A stretch of DNA of 61,470 bases, counting the filler, from Choristocarpus tenellus KU-1152 (Eukaryota; Protista; Phaeophyceae), in the NCBI GenBank assembly GCA_964200185.2. It is 12 parts of 12 records of this genome, joined end to end, with 100 filler letters (N's around TTAATTAATTAA, not from the genome) between each part and the next. Parts side by side here need not be neighbours in the genome. Positions count along the whole stretch, not along the records: positions 49,436 to 52,130 come from CAXNAD020025585.1; positions 52,231 to 56,092 come from CAXNAD020017519.1; positions 56,193 to 61,470 come from CAXNAD020011284.1; 9 more parts are not named here. One strand, given 5' to 3'. This document shows, in pieces, positions 49,580-61,470 of the stretch. A program made the translations under genes and the position numbers. Within the stretch, counting starts at the first letter, position 1, and every line of letters starts with the position of its first letter. The notes under the pieces were generated by a model. That model did no database searches. It was not told where the DNA came from and saw nothing but the letters and a program-made list of their open reading frames with translations.

Positions 49580-52108
49580 TGGAAATCATGTTTGTCTGTT
49601 GATATATCGTTATTGCCGTATGCCATATACCGATATATCGATTGAGGTTGTGTTCTGAGAACTTCGGTTCAACTGTGTGAAGGATATTCGGAGTAATAGA
49701 GGTCCGTGTCTTCCCGCAACGTCTCTTTATGAGCATGGTTTTCTGAAGACGGATTCCGTATCTCTGGAGGGTTTCCTTTCCGAAACCCATCCGAATCGTG
49801 ATCCTCCCCACTCCCTCAGTTCCCCACTTTTTCCTGCAAGTCCTTTCAATCTTGCACTTGTGCAACCATAACCTCGTCTTCTCGGTTACGTTCGTTTTTG
49901 TTCGTCTGGTCCGTCTTGCCCGATGATTATCTTCGCCACCCTTGCCTGAGTGAACCATGCCGCCACAGAATCGCACGATTCACATTGGTGACACTGGTGA
50001 CCTCAGAAATAGGGTGACGGGAATTTTTGTTTGACCACGAATGAACTATGCCGAACTCAAGATCAAGGTGAAAACATCGTGGACAGGAGCGCCTGACTCC
50101 GCATCTGGAACCATCCAGAACACCAGAGGAAGAAGTCCAAGGTCAAGAGTCTCCACCGGACATGGAGTCTTCAACCAATATCGACTCTGATTCGTCTAGT
50201 ATCACGTCTAGCTCGTCTAAAACCATAACACTTACCGAACGTAGAAGAGATGTTACAGGCGCCCCTCAGAACTCACCTCCACTGGATATGCAACTCAATT
50301 CCAACGACCTTAAAGCGACCCTATGAGGGGGGTCCACAGATGATAACCACATTTGGTGTCAGCTTGATGCTTAGCTCAGTCAATGTCTCGCTTTTCGCTT
50401 TATCAAAAGAGGTACATAAAAAAAAACTGAGGGCGTGGTGGTCCACTTCAGCCTTCTATTAACATCATCCACCATTTTTCTACAGCCAAAGAGTTAAATC
50501 AAGCCAAAAGCTATGTAGATATCTCAATCATAAATCTTTATTCTGCAACTTTCAGAAATTGACATCTATTCTATATGATTATGTTTGAATTTCAAATCTT
50601 ACTCTGCATCTCCTATCAAATCATCATTTATTCTGTAAGGCTATCTATGTGTTACTAATATCGTATATTGTTCGCACTTGTTAGAATGCAAGAAACAATC
50701 CTCACACTATACGTCTGTCACAAATGTTCGTGTTTGCTAAAACATGGGAAGAAATGCTCGCGCTATTGGCGTGCAACAAATGCTCCCACTTCATTGGAAC
50801 ACAAGAAGAAATACTCGCGCTATTCGCCTGTAACAGAGGTTCCCCTCCTTCCCCCCCAACAGATCACCAGGCTCATGCCAGACCTGTGTCATTGACCCTT
50901 GAGCATCATGTTAGCTCGGGCGACCGTAACACTCGTCGGGTCCTCTTTCAGGAAGAACCTGTCCCGCCTCCAAGTTCCACTACTTGTGAGGTGGCCAATT
51001 CGCAGGCCAAGTTTGGTGATGCTGTACCAGCGTTCATCACACACCATGTCAACAAGAGCGCAAGTACAAATCCTGTGCCTCCTGAATGGCTTCAGGACCT
51101 GCTGAAGCTCCAAGTTTGGGGAATGAGCATCAATCGCGTCCCCCGGGAAGATTTTGTCCAATTACAACGAGAATGTCAGCGGCTCCGTACGGAGGTGGAA
51201 CTTCACCGAGCGGGAGAGGCAACCCTCAACAGGTCCCCAGCTCGTATCTTTGGGGTAGACACTTTACCTGCATCACAGATCATGCGGCATTATGTTACTT
51301 GTATAGAATTCACGATATACCAGTAACGTGCTTACTCGTTGGACTATTGCTCTTTGTGCAAATTACCTTGGGAGGTAATTCTATTTGTTAGTAGTGAAGA
51401 TAAGAAAGTGTGAAGTCTCACACGACCCCCTTTGCTGAACGTGATTACATGGTTGAAGATTAGAAGAGAAGAGAAGAGTGACCTTTGTGTGTGGTGTCTT
51501 CTCGTTGCTTGTTTATTATTTATTTGTGCTTCACATACATAAGTCCATGGTTATGTCAAAGTAGTTCAATGCAGAATAAAAAAACCCATACATATTCCCA
51601 TTCATAATCCAGATGTACTATCTCATTAGTTACATCTCTCATACACAAAATATGGTACACCTCACTATTGTCCTACTTTGCACACTCTTCAAGCTTATGA
51701 TTTCACTGTCAAACACAAGCCCAGTAAGCTCAATGATATACATGGTACTCTGTCTCGTATTTTGAAGCTTGAGGAACAGGAGAAGTCCATTGCTCCAATG
51801 CTGGCACCAATCTGTCGTAAAGTTCCTGAAGGTAGTCGTGCATTTACCACCCGTGTTCAAAAGGAATATGAGTTATTTGCTTCTAACCTTGACCAACAAT
51901 AGTGATCGTGAACTATTTACTAGTTCCACTGCTGCTTTTCCTGTAATGGACCCGGAGCAAGTGCGCAAGGAGCAGGAATCCGAGATAGGGCCAAATTTCA
52001 GTTATTTGCAGTCCCCCAACGTCGCCCCACCACCTGATAAGGAATCAGCGACGTCTATGTCATATTTTTTCCTTCGTAGTGGCTTACTGTATCGTTCGTA
52101 TTTTCTAG
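49580..52108 (+). mobile_element. Degenerate Ty3/Gypsy fragments (LTR/PBS-like segments, gag-like ORF, RNase H end, integrase Zn-finger start)
   Basis: RNase H: SYLWGRHFTCITDHAALCYL...RWTIAL|QAYDFTVKHKP...LSR. Also VRKEQESE...FFLRSGLLYR. CA|TTGGTGAC PBS-like site at ~49985. Confidence 0.8.
51355..51684 (-). mobile_element. Copia solo LTR with 5-bp TSD CTCTT
   Basis: TG...CA ends, reverse-complement match to the LTR at 33781-34092, and CTCTT at 51350-51354 and 51685-51689. Confidence 0.92.
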
Positions 52109-52311
52109 GGGGTCAAAGTATCTTGGGGGGNNNNNNNNNNNNNNNNNNNNNNNNNNNNNNNNNNNNNNNNNNNNTTAATTAATTAANNNNNNNNNNNNNN
52201 NNNNNNNNNNNNNNNNNNNNNNNNNNNNNNGGGTGGGTAGAGGTTTGGGGTTCAAGTGTGCCTCTTGAATGGCAGTAACCTGTGCTATAGTTACCCTATG
52301 TTTGTGCAGCT

Positions 52312-52491
52312 GGCTCAACGTATCTGGGGGGGGGGGGATTCTACACCAGGGTGTGTCCATTCGGGTCCTGACCAGGAGAAGTGCACTTACATCATCCACC
52401 CGATGCATGGAGAAAAATTCACTAAAAAATTGTTATATGGAAAAATGGAACCCGAATGGAAAGCCACCACCACCCCCAAATACTTTGAGCC
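52312..52491. mobile_element. Complete MITE A, TSD AGCT
   Basis: GGCTCAACGTATCTGGGG...CCCCAAATACTTTGAGCC with AGCT on both sides. Confidence 0.9.
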
Positions 52492-53316
52492 AGCTGTCCA
52501 GAAGTAGCCCCCAAGGGGTATTCCCCATAGTTCTAGCTCTGGTGAGACCCTACTTCACTAGTATCGAGAGGAAAGAGGGGTTTTTGTGTCGTCAATTGCA
52601 CTTGCTGCTTTCCAAAAACAATTCCAGTAAATGAAATGGAACGGTACACGAAGGGGTGTAGATTGACTCTTGATACAGAGGGATAGAAATTCTGGCATAG
52701 TCTATGGGATTGGCCAGAGATATCTCTGTCTTTCATCCTGCTCAAGTACTTGACTCGTCACTAAATTCAATTGGATCATCCCTATGGATACAATTTCCAT
52801 CCTCTGGCATCCACAGAAAACGTACCACCACCTATGATAGTATTCGTTCATAGTGCCAATGGTGGCGCTACGCTCACTCCTCTATCATTTCCTGAAGCAG
52901 AGGTTACTGCTCAATGTTGTAGATCACCTTCATGTGGAGGTTTAGCCCTCGCTAACATATTCACTTCAGATTGTCTCACCAATCTCACATGAACGATCTG
53001 GACAATATCTTGCTTCGACAACATGTGGAAGACTACTAGCATATTCAGATTTGTACGAGAGCCTCAAAGAGATAAGAGATGAGAGAAGATGTGATATTCT
53101 CAAAGGAGATCACGATCCAGCAGTACAATGTTTACCCTTGAACAACAGACTGGAAACAAGGGGGGGATTCCAAGAGGTGTGGAGACAAAGTTGTACATAG
53201 TAGAATCATTCACCCTCGACTACCTGTAGGAAAATAAAAAAATCGGTTCGATATACTCCAATATGAATACAGGGGAAATTGACAAGAAGAGGATGACAGC
53301 AATCCATGGATCTCAC

Positions 53317-54726
53317 CCAGCGGTTTCCTGTCTTGAGCTCTACACGTTTTTGACATTCTCGCATCCTCTTCTCGACACGAGGAGCCGACTGAAAAGGAGC
53401 ATTCACAAATTTGGGCAACAAAAGTAGTGTTCACAAAAGGGGTGTAGAACAACATGCAATTGGATGGATGGAGGTGGAGTCTCTACAGAGCCAGCAGCGA
53501 TGGAATGTGGTGTGCTTCTACACACAAGCAAGAAAGTGGATGAAGAAGAGAGGCATGTGAGGTTGTTGATAAAGTATGTAGACAGCGTGGATATTAGATG
53601 TAGCAAATGTGGGCCACAGGCATACCTGAAAAGCTCAAGGGACAGTTGCTTGGAACATGTAGCTCGCATGAGATGAGTAAATGAAATTGGATAACGGAAA
53701 GGGCAGGGATGTGGACGAGCAATGGGTGTAGGCAAGTATGGCTTCTACAATATTCATGGTGTCGATGGGTGTAAAGAGACGACAAATGGACTTACGCTCT
53801 CACAAACATGGCAAGGAGGCCTTCTTCGAAGACGAGACTACCGGGCATTATCCATTGACTTTGAAGGCGTGGCGTCTCATTTCCTGACTGTACTCTGTGC
53901 TTTCTCTATTGTGTCACACATGCTTTGATAAAGGTTGCAAAATGCAGGGAATTGACTCTGAGAATAAATGAATAAGTGCGATTTCCTTTCACTCAACCAT
54001 CAATAATATATCACACAAAAGAGAAAGATAGCAAACGCACAATGTCTCCTCCTTTTCACCCTAGTCATATAGTTTTCATTTTTTGCCACCTGCAGTCTTT
54101 GGAGCCCCTGGCCAGTATCGCGAAGAACATATTTTTTGCATCTTGAGTCGAGGAGATCTGCCTCCCCATCCATCCAAAAAATAGACATGTTGTCCACCAC
54201 CTGTCACCACATACGAATGGACCAAGGAATTGGGGGTTGGAAAAGGTTAGGAGTATGTGGGATCCAACAAGACGCTCATCACTCACACCTCGTAGAATAT
54301 TGATCGTGTAGCCCTTGCTTAGGTCAGAGAGACATGTAACCCGTCATCCCAAACTCGTTGCACTACACAGACACATCTATACATTCGTGCTATGAACAGG
54401 TGCCAACATAAGATCAACTACACAATCACTTCGACAATCGAGATCTGCTCCGACAGGGATACAAACCTGAACTTGCATATGCAGTATGATTTACCCTACC
54501 CACCTAAGCAGACGCACACAAGTCTACGCCAGTCTACGCCAGTGCTCTCAAACTGGCACACACCTCTAACCACAGTGACAGTGACTGCAGCACATAGAAC
54601 CATTGTGATTTGTGGCTGTGGGTCAACCTCGAACCATCCTCGCCAATCTGAATTTTTAGTCCCCCCTCACAGTCCTGGTCTGGGTGCCAGTGTTCCATGA
54701 GGAGGTTCATCATCCGGTGAATGGGC
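53317..54726 (-). CDS. DUF2009 (UPF0652-like) protein, partial (exons 54726-54564, 54200-54090, 53388-53317)
   Basis: GSRLTHSHKSQWFYVLQSLSLWLE|VVDNMSIFWMDGEADLL...LRDTGQGLQRLQ|SAPRV...GNRW matches DUF2009 motifs as I recall them. Phase-0 junctions. Confidence 0.75.
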
Positions 54727-55590
54727 CTTACCCAGATTTGTTTCGAGGGTTGAGGTTGCAAGGGACTTGGTGGGTTAGACCAGGTGTTAGGGAAGGGAAA
54801 TTGGTGTGTAGAGGACACGGAGAGATGGAGTTATCTCTATTGGACCGTGAAAGCTTCAACAAGTTCAGGTTGTACTACTACTAATAGTATATTTTTTGCG
54901 TGGAACGACTATTTGGAAGGAGGTACACTAAATTTACCTTTGCTTAACTGCTTGCTAGTACGAAGACAGTCCTGCAAAGTATATTATGACAAACACGCGA
55001 GTGAGGGCATTGCGTAGTGTGTGTTTGACCTGTCTACTATTGAGACAATCCGAATGTCCAAGACATGCGCCTAACTCATGCGCACAAGAAAGTGCATGAG
55101 GAATATGACACAATGTCTGGATTGCGCACATCACCTTTTGTTTGTTTCACGATAGACTGCATGATCACCAATCGAGTCAATCAACAGGGCGACCTCAGAC
55201 TCCCTAGCCCTTCATTGTGGAGGATTGACGATGATAGCAGGGGGGACAGGATTGGTCAATAATCAACACGTATACTTGTATATTTCACAGATACCATTCG
55301 GCAAATCGGTGTGCTCTTGAAGAGTGTGATGTATCCAGAATTTCAAAGCAGCAGAACGGCATTTAGCACACTACTACCCGAGAATATACATGGAGAACAA
55401 CCTGCAGCACTATGGACGATATATTTCCCATATGCTTCCTCTGTTCGGAATTAAATATTACATAACATTAGAATCCCCGATGAAGAAGCAAGACTCTTTT
55501 TTCATAAGTTCATATTTATGGGTGTATAGTATAGAGACTTACAAGGTTACCCACCAAAATTGCAAGCAGAATGGGGCAGCCTACACCTAT

Positions 55591-55960
55591 CTATGATTCC
55601 GCCCCAGAAGCCCTCAAGAACTCCATTCCATCATAATAATTCACCGCATCCACCGGGGCATTTGAGGGGAGCTTGCCGACTTCCTCAGCCTTTTCCTTGC
55701 TAACATGGGGAATTTTAAAGTCGTTGTAAACCTTGGACCCCAGCACGTCACCGTAGATTGCGAAGAGTCTCTGCCAGACCCACTCTAGTGTCTCCCGGAG
55801 GTATACATCAAACGCCCCAATTGTGGCGCCTCCACCACCTCCTTCTGTGTTGGTCACACCCAAGTCTTCCTTCAATTGCTGGATGGAATGAAAAAATCCC
55901 AGGACGTTGACGTTGAGGTCAGGTGAGTTGGCTGGCTGGGTCTCTATGACGACGTCGTCC
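55591..55960 (-). mobile_element. Tc1/mariner-like transposase C-terminal fragment
   Basis: QPANSPDLNVNVLGFFHSIQQL, the SPDLNxxD third-Asp region of plant/oomycete-type mariners; the Asp appears degenerate. Confidence 0.8.
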
Positions 55961-56373
55961 CCTGCTGTACCTCTTCTCCTCGATTGCCTCCATGATCCTC
56001 CACTTGGTGTGTGACTTTGCCCCATCCCGGTGCACAAAAATGGTGTGTCCTTACGACCTACACATGTGGGCCTTGATTGCCGGGATGGCATCNNNNNNNN
56101 NNNNNNNNNNNNNNNNNNNNNNNNNNNNNNNNNNNNTTAATTAATTAANNNNNNNNNNNNNNNNNNNNNNNNNNNNNNNNNNNNNNNNNNNNCCTGGTGT
56201 AGATTCCCCCCCCCCCCCAGATACTTTGGGTCAAGCAAAAGGTAATAATAATAATAATAAACAGATAAAAATCTCCCACTCAAAATAACAAGGGCAAACC
56301 AATCAAGAAAGCTCCATACACAGTAATACAATATACAGCAGGGGGCTATCCAAAGGCAGGGCTTTGAGGGTTA

Positions 56374-56605
56374 GGGATACCGACATGTCTGGAATATTGT
56401 ACTTAGAATACTATAGTATCCTGAGACTAGTAAGACACGGTATGATAGTGGTTTGATGATACTACAACACTATAGTGTTACTATAGTATGCTGAGACTAG
56501 TAAGGACACGGTATGATAGTGGTTTGATGATACTACAACACTATAGTGTTACTATAGTATGCTGAGACTAGTAAAGACACGGTATGATAGTGGTTTGATG
56601 ATACA
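56374..56605. repeat. ~70-bp tandem triplication
   Basis: TACTATAGTAT.CTGAGACTAGTAAG..ACACGGTATGATAGTGGTTTGATGATAC three times. Confidence 0.9.
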
Positions 56606-57560
56606 CAACAAACCACAGGAGAAGAAGGTCAAGTCACACATAACCAAAAATCATGGGATAGCATTGAGAGGATAAAAAAAAACTTTACTTGGAATAAAAA
56701 GTAGAAAAGAGACAGTGCTGCACAGAAATAGAATAATAATAGTAACATCAAAAAGATAGTTGCAGATATACACTCTTTCCATTAGTAAAAAAAAATGCTC
56801 AGCAGCAGTCATTACTACCAATACAACTTAGTTCCTTTTGATGACATTGAGTACACCATATAGTAGTAAAAATACCCCTAACCGGTAGTACCATACAGGC
56901 AGTAGTACACCTCAGTGAGGGAAATGATGGGGACAACATGGCCTTCACACAGTCGATTTGATAATCTAAGAGGGAAAGCTTATTCCACCAATTCAAGACA
57001 ACACACCTGAATATCGTAACCTATTCTAACCCTAACCCTAACCCTAACCTGCTGTAAATCCTGCTCTGGCTTACAAATATAGTTACCAATAGAATCATAG
57101 ACACTAAAAAAATGCTGATCCCTCCACCTCCATCCCCCCCCACACGCTACCCCCCAAACCCATAATACATACCCAAATCACCAACANNNNNNNNNTAATA
57201 TAGTTACCAATAGAATCATAGACACTAATCCCTCCCCCCTCCCCCCTCCTTCAATTTCAACATCAATACACTACTACTACTAATGTACTAATACACTAGT
57301 AATAAGATATCAATATGTAAGAAAAAAAGTCTCAAAACAAACTTGCCTGTGATTTGAACCAACACCCCCTGATACAAAATAAAAGCTATATATAGTATAG
57401 AGGTGATACCACAATACTGCCCTGGAGACATACACAGATACAGCAACACGTGTCTCCACCAACATGTTGCCAGTCCATAAACATCACTCAATAAAAACAG
57501 TAACAACCCCCCCCCCAACCCCTAAACAGCACAGGTGGAGTGTCCCCAACTCTCTCTCAC

Positions 57561-60500
57561 TTCCTGCAGAAGAACCTCCATGATGGACCGAAGTCCCCTT
57601 GCCCCAGTGTTCTTTCCAATCGCTGTGGCAGAGATGGCCCTCAGTGCACCCTCTGTCAAGTGTAGGTCAACGTCATCCATGGCAAACTGCAGTTTGTACT
57701 GTTTCAACAAGGCGTTTTTCGGCTTGGTCATCACCTGAAATAAGATGAAAAAAAATTGTCCACCCAATACGGTAAGAAAATGAAAAAATATATATTATAG
57801 GTGACACATTGAGGACTGGGTGATTGGGTTAGGGTTAGGGTTAGTAAAGAGTAGGTATCTGTCAAGGCAAAACCCCCTTATCACTATCACCAGTATCAGG
57901 GAATTATCGTCCCTTTGGAGTTAAGGTTAGGGTTGGAATTGGAGGACTAATAATTAAGAACACATACATAGTATTGTGCTACCTGTTTCCTCCAGTGGCG
58001 AAAAAATATCGTAACAATTATCATGACAAATATCCCGGCAAATATTGTAACAATTATCACGACAATTATCATTACAAATATCACGGCAAATATCGTTAAC
58101 AATTATCACAACAAATATCACGACAATTCTCATGACAAATATCACGGCAAATATCGTAACAATTCTCATGACAAATATCACGACAATTATCATGATAAAG
58201 ATGATTACAAATATCACGGCAAATATCGTAACAATTCTCATGACAATTATCATGACAAATATCACGAATATGGTTAGCAATGTGAAGGAGTCCTTTCCTA
58301 TCAGCAGAGGCTTCAGACAGTAAAAATGCACAACTATTGCATTGCGCTAGAGAGCTATTTCAATACACTAGAATAGATTAGATTGGATTGGATTGGATTA
58401 CATTACATTACATTACATTCAGATTCGATTCGTTCCATAACCCTAACCCTAACCCTAACCCTATATATGTACACCTAGTACAATGCTCTCTGGATCACAT
58501 ATTTAATACCCCATGAAGAGAAACATTGCCTCATAAAATGGAAAACCAAATAAAAAACAAGTGGACAGAGGTTGACTATACAAATAGAGAGAGAGAGAGC
58601 ACAGCAGAGCAACTTTTTTGTCAAGTACAATAGGGTTAGGGTTAGGGTTATAGGGTAACCTCCATCAAGCTTGCATGTGATGCTCACCATGTCAGAGTGA
58701 ATAGTCCAGAGCATCACACATCTATTTGCTGCTTAGTATAGAGTACAGACCCTTCATCACATGAGCATTGTGCATACTATTTTTACTACACCATAATACA
58801 CATTATGTACATGAATACATAAGTATGTAAGTACTTCAGTATACCACACTGTACTTGTCATGTACTGTTAATGTGTTAGCTACTGTGGTATCAAATATCA
58901 AAGATGAAATAAGCAAATAGGATGGACCTACCATAGTGTCTAGACCAATAGAATGCTCTCATATGCCACAAAGGAGTCAATGGTATACCCACACCTCACA
59001 TAACCCTAACCTTAACACCTCGACCTTCCCATACCATCATCCACCATCATACCTCCACCAGCTGATCTACATCCAAGCCCTCAGTGCTAACTACAACGGG
59101 GAACCGTCCAACAAGCTCAGGAATTAGACCAAAGGTCAAAAGGTCTTGTGGCTCTGCCTGATTGAGCCTATCCGCCTGTGAAAGGTGGGTAGTACCAAAT
59201 TGGGACGGGTCATTCCTACTACATGATGTGTCATGATGTGTTGTGTGTGTGTTGTGTGTTGTGTGCGCGCGCGCGTGTAACAGTTGATTCAAGATAGATA
59301 CGTCATGGATATGGTTAGGGTCAACAACAGTTCTACATCTAACAGTTCAGGCCATACTTGTGCAATTGAACATTCTACATCTATCTACATCTATCATACT
59401 TGCGACAAAAATAGGGGTAGTCGATTGGTCTGTTCGTGGAAAATATTAATATTCACACCATCCAAGTTGTGGGGTTACCCCTCAATACAATTTACAATTT
59501 CACTGCGAATGTTAGAGCATAGAGAGATGTTCTGCAATAAGCAAATCGCCTACATATTTATCGGAAACCTTAACTACAAGAACACCAGTACTATTATTCC
59601 ACCCTTGCACTATATAACACGCACATGAACTTCCAATTCAAAAGTGTATACATACATACATACATATGTATGTATTATCCACTGCATACATGTATACCTT
59701 TAGGAAACGCCAACACCACATCTACCTCAGCCCCCCTTCTAACCCTCTACAACCCCCCTTCCCCTGTACATGAATTCCCCAACCTCACCTGGGTTAGGCG
59801 GTCCTGCAGATCAGCTGGCAGATTAGCTCCAAACCCAATGCTTGACCTGGCCATGCGGTTGTTGACAATATCTTCCAGACCAGCAAACGCCCCTCCACAG
59901 ATGAAGAGGATATTGGATGTGTCGATTTGTACCATGTTATCCCTATCACGGGTGTTCTTTCTACCACCATCCTTGGGAACATTCACAACCGTACCCTTGT
60001 CATCACAACACACAATTCACAACACAAAGTTAAAATAATAATAAAATAATAACATACAAGAACAGTTTAATCCAAGGTTAGCGTTAGGGATAGTTTAACA
60101 CAACACTATACACAGAGTCAAAGTATCTTAGAGGGTACGAGTTTTGCCCTGTTTGTCCATTTGGGGGCCTGACTTCCCATGGGTTTTTTAATGGCATTTT
60201 CTTCTCCAAAATGTTTAGGGTACGTAAAATGTATACTTCATGAAAAGGTGTGTCCGGACAAGGATATTGACACTTCCCAACAAACACGATCGCGAAAATT
60301 ACATCAAAATCGCAACATTGGATTTTGGCTCCCAAATGGACGCGACTCTACCCTCTAAGATACTTTGACTCACACACTATACACATACACACACACACAC
60401 TATATGCCTTGTTGGTTTGTTCTTGAGCATGCTCAAATACAAGACTGCACTAACCGCTGCATTAACCACATACACCATCAACACGCTATAAAAAACCTCA

Positions 60501-60962
60501 AAATGAGGAAAAAAACAACAACTCATCACATAACAAGCCCCCCAAAAACTAATTATTCTTATTATTAAATGAAACCACTAGATTCGACACCCCTAACTAG
60601 AGCTGACACTTCAGAAGGTACTGACAACAACAGCACGACATGTATACCTCATACTGTCACCAATATACCGTACCTTATACTGTCAAATCGTAAAACCAAT
60701 CTGCTACCGTTCGGTCAGTGACAGAGTGTCCAATTTATTTTCCTTTTATTTTTGATATAATCAACAACTGGTGGGATATTGAAGGTTTTTATTCCATCCC
60801 TGCTCGCCAATCACAAAAATTTCGAATCGTGTAACTGTCAGATACAATAGCGCCTCTGCATCTCTGAGTCTCTCTCTCTCTCACCTCAAGGATCTTCAGA
60901 AGGGCCTGCTGCACCCCCTCCCCACTCACATCCCTAGTTATGTTCTCAGGTGGGCGCGCAAT
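57561..60962 (-). CDS. clpX: ATP-dependent Clp protease ATP-binding subunit ClpX, partial (exons 60962-60885, 59995-59789, 59175-59053, 57734-57561)
   Basis: [63 protein letters not shown] and [11 protein letters not shown]. Phase-0 GT-AG introns. Confidence 0.95.
58004..58272. repeat. 12/36-bp minisatellite (ACAAATATCACGGCAAATATCGTAACAATTCTCATG) in a clpX intron
   Basis: Direct repeats; they explain the repetitive ORFs on both strands. Confidence 0.9.
60115..60371. mobile_element. MITE B copy in a clpX intron
   Basis: Perfect TIRs GAGTCAAAGTATCTTAGAGGGTA / TACCCTCTAAGATACTTTGACTC. Confidence 0.92.
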
Positions 60963-61470
60963 CTAACAAACACACAAAACATTATTATTATTATTATTAT
61001 ATACTATTATTATTTATACATCATGCGGTACGCCTTCGTATCTACTAGGAAAGGAAAGGCAAGGAAGTATTGTCACTAACGGCGAGGAAAATTCCTGTAA
61101 AAAAAAACTGGTGAAACAAACAAACACCTTGTGGTAAAAAAAATACACAGTTAAGGATTAGGGTTAGGGTTAGGGTTGAAAAAAAGAGGAGAACGGTTTC
61201 GAGGGCAGTACTGGTCAGGTCCTACACCTGACTCACACGACAAGATGTATGCACGTCCACGTCCATCAACAGGGGGTACTTACAATTCAAAAGTGTATCC
61301 ATGATACGCATGTATACTTTTAGGAAAACCCAACACTATGTCTACCACATCTCCATTCTAATACTCTATAACCCCCCCCCCCCCCCCCCCCCCCCCCCAA
61401 CAAAAAAACAAAGAACGAAGGCCAGTGGGGGGTTTGGTAAAAACAACAAAAAAAAAAAAAAAAAAAAAAA

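Noticed and set aside
3143-56192. TTAATTAATTAA as a biological motif, and gene neighbourhoods across the N runs
   Set aside because: It is an artificial concatenation linker; ORFs ending in XXX-LIN are artefacts.
57075-57230. Duplicated ~30-bp sequence around the small N gap
   Set aside because: It is likely a gap-edge assembly overlap.
57954-58331. Hydrophobic or His/Asn-rich repeat protein ORFs
   Set aside because: They are translations of a minisatellite inside a clpX intron.

Overview
This is eukaryotic, intron-rich DNA, most consistent with a stramenopile such as a brown alga (inferred from gene content and intron style). It is 12 small scaffolds joined by artificial N-TTAATTAATTAA-N linkers, so adjacency across linkers means nothing. 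I could splice seven host genes by hand, most of them partial: a coiled-coil protein with two consecutive GC-AG introns, a Pro/Gly/Arg-rich C2 + calmodulin-like EF-hand protein, an NCS2/AzgA-like permease, a stand-alone receiver-domain protein, a DUF2009 protein, ClpX, and a long low-complexity exon. Mobile DNA is abundant: decayed hAT, Copia, Gypsy and mariner-like fragments, plus about 20 copies of two related MITE families with 4-bp TSDs (Sola-like). Many introns carry (TTAGGG)n tracts and minisatellites. The most unusual scaffold is 9992-13809. There a ParB/Srx-like gene and a Sola-like transposase N-terminus are arranged head-to-head around a perfect 34-bp palindrome and a ~207-bp repeat array. 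The ParB-like gene is interrupted by nine 62-69 bp tandem units. On the coding strand each unit reads as a mini-intron plus a 6-7 nt microexon, and splicing in all nine restores the reading frame.
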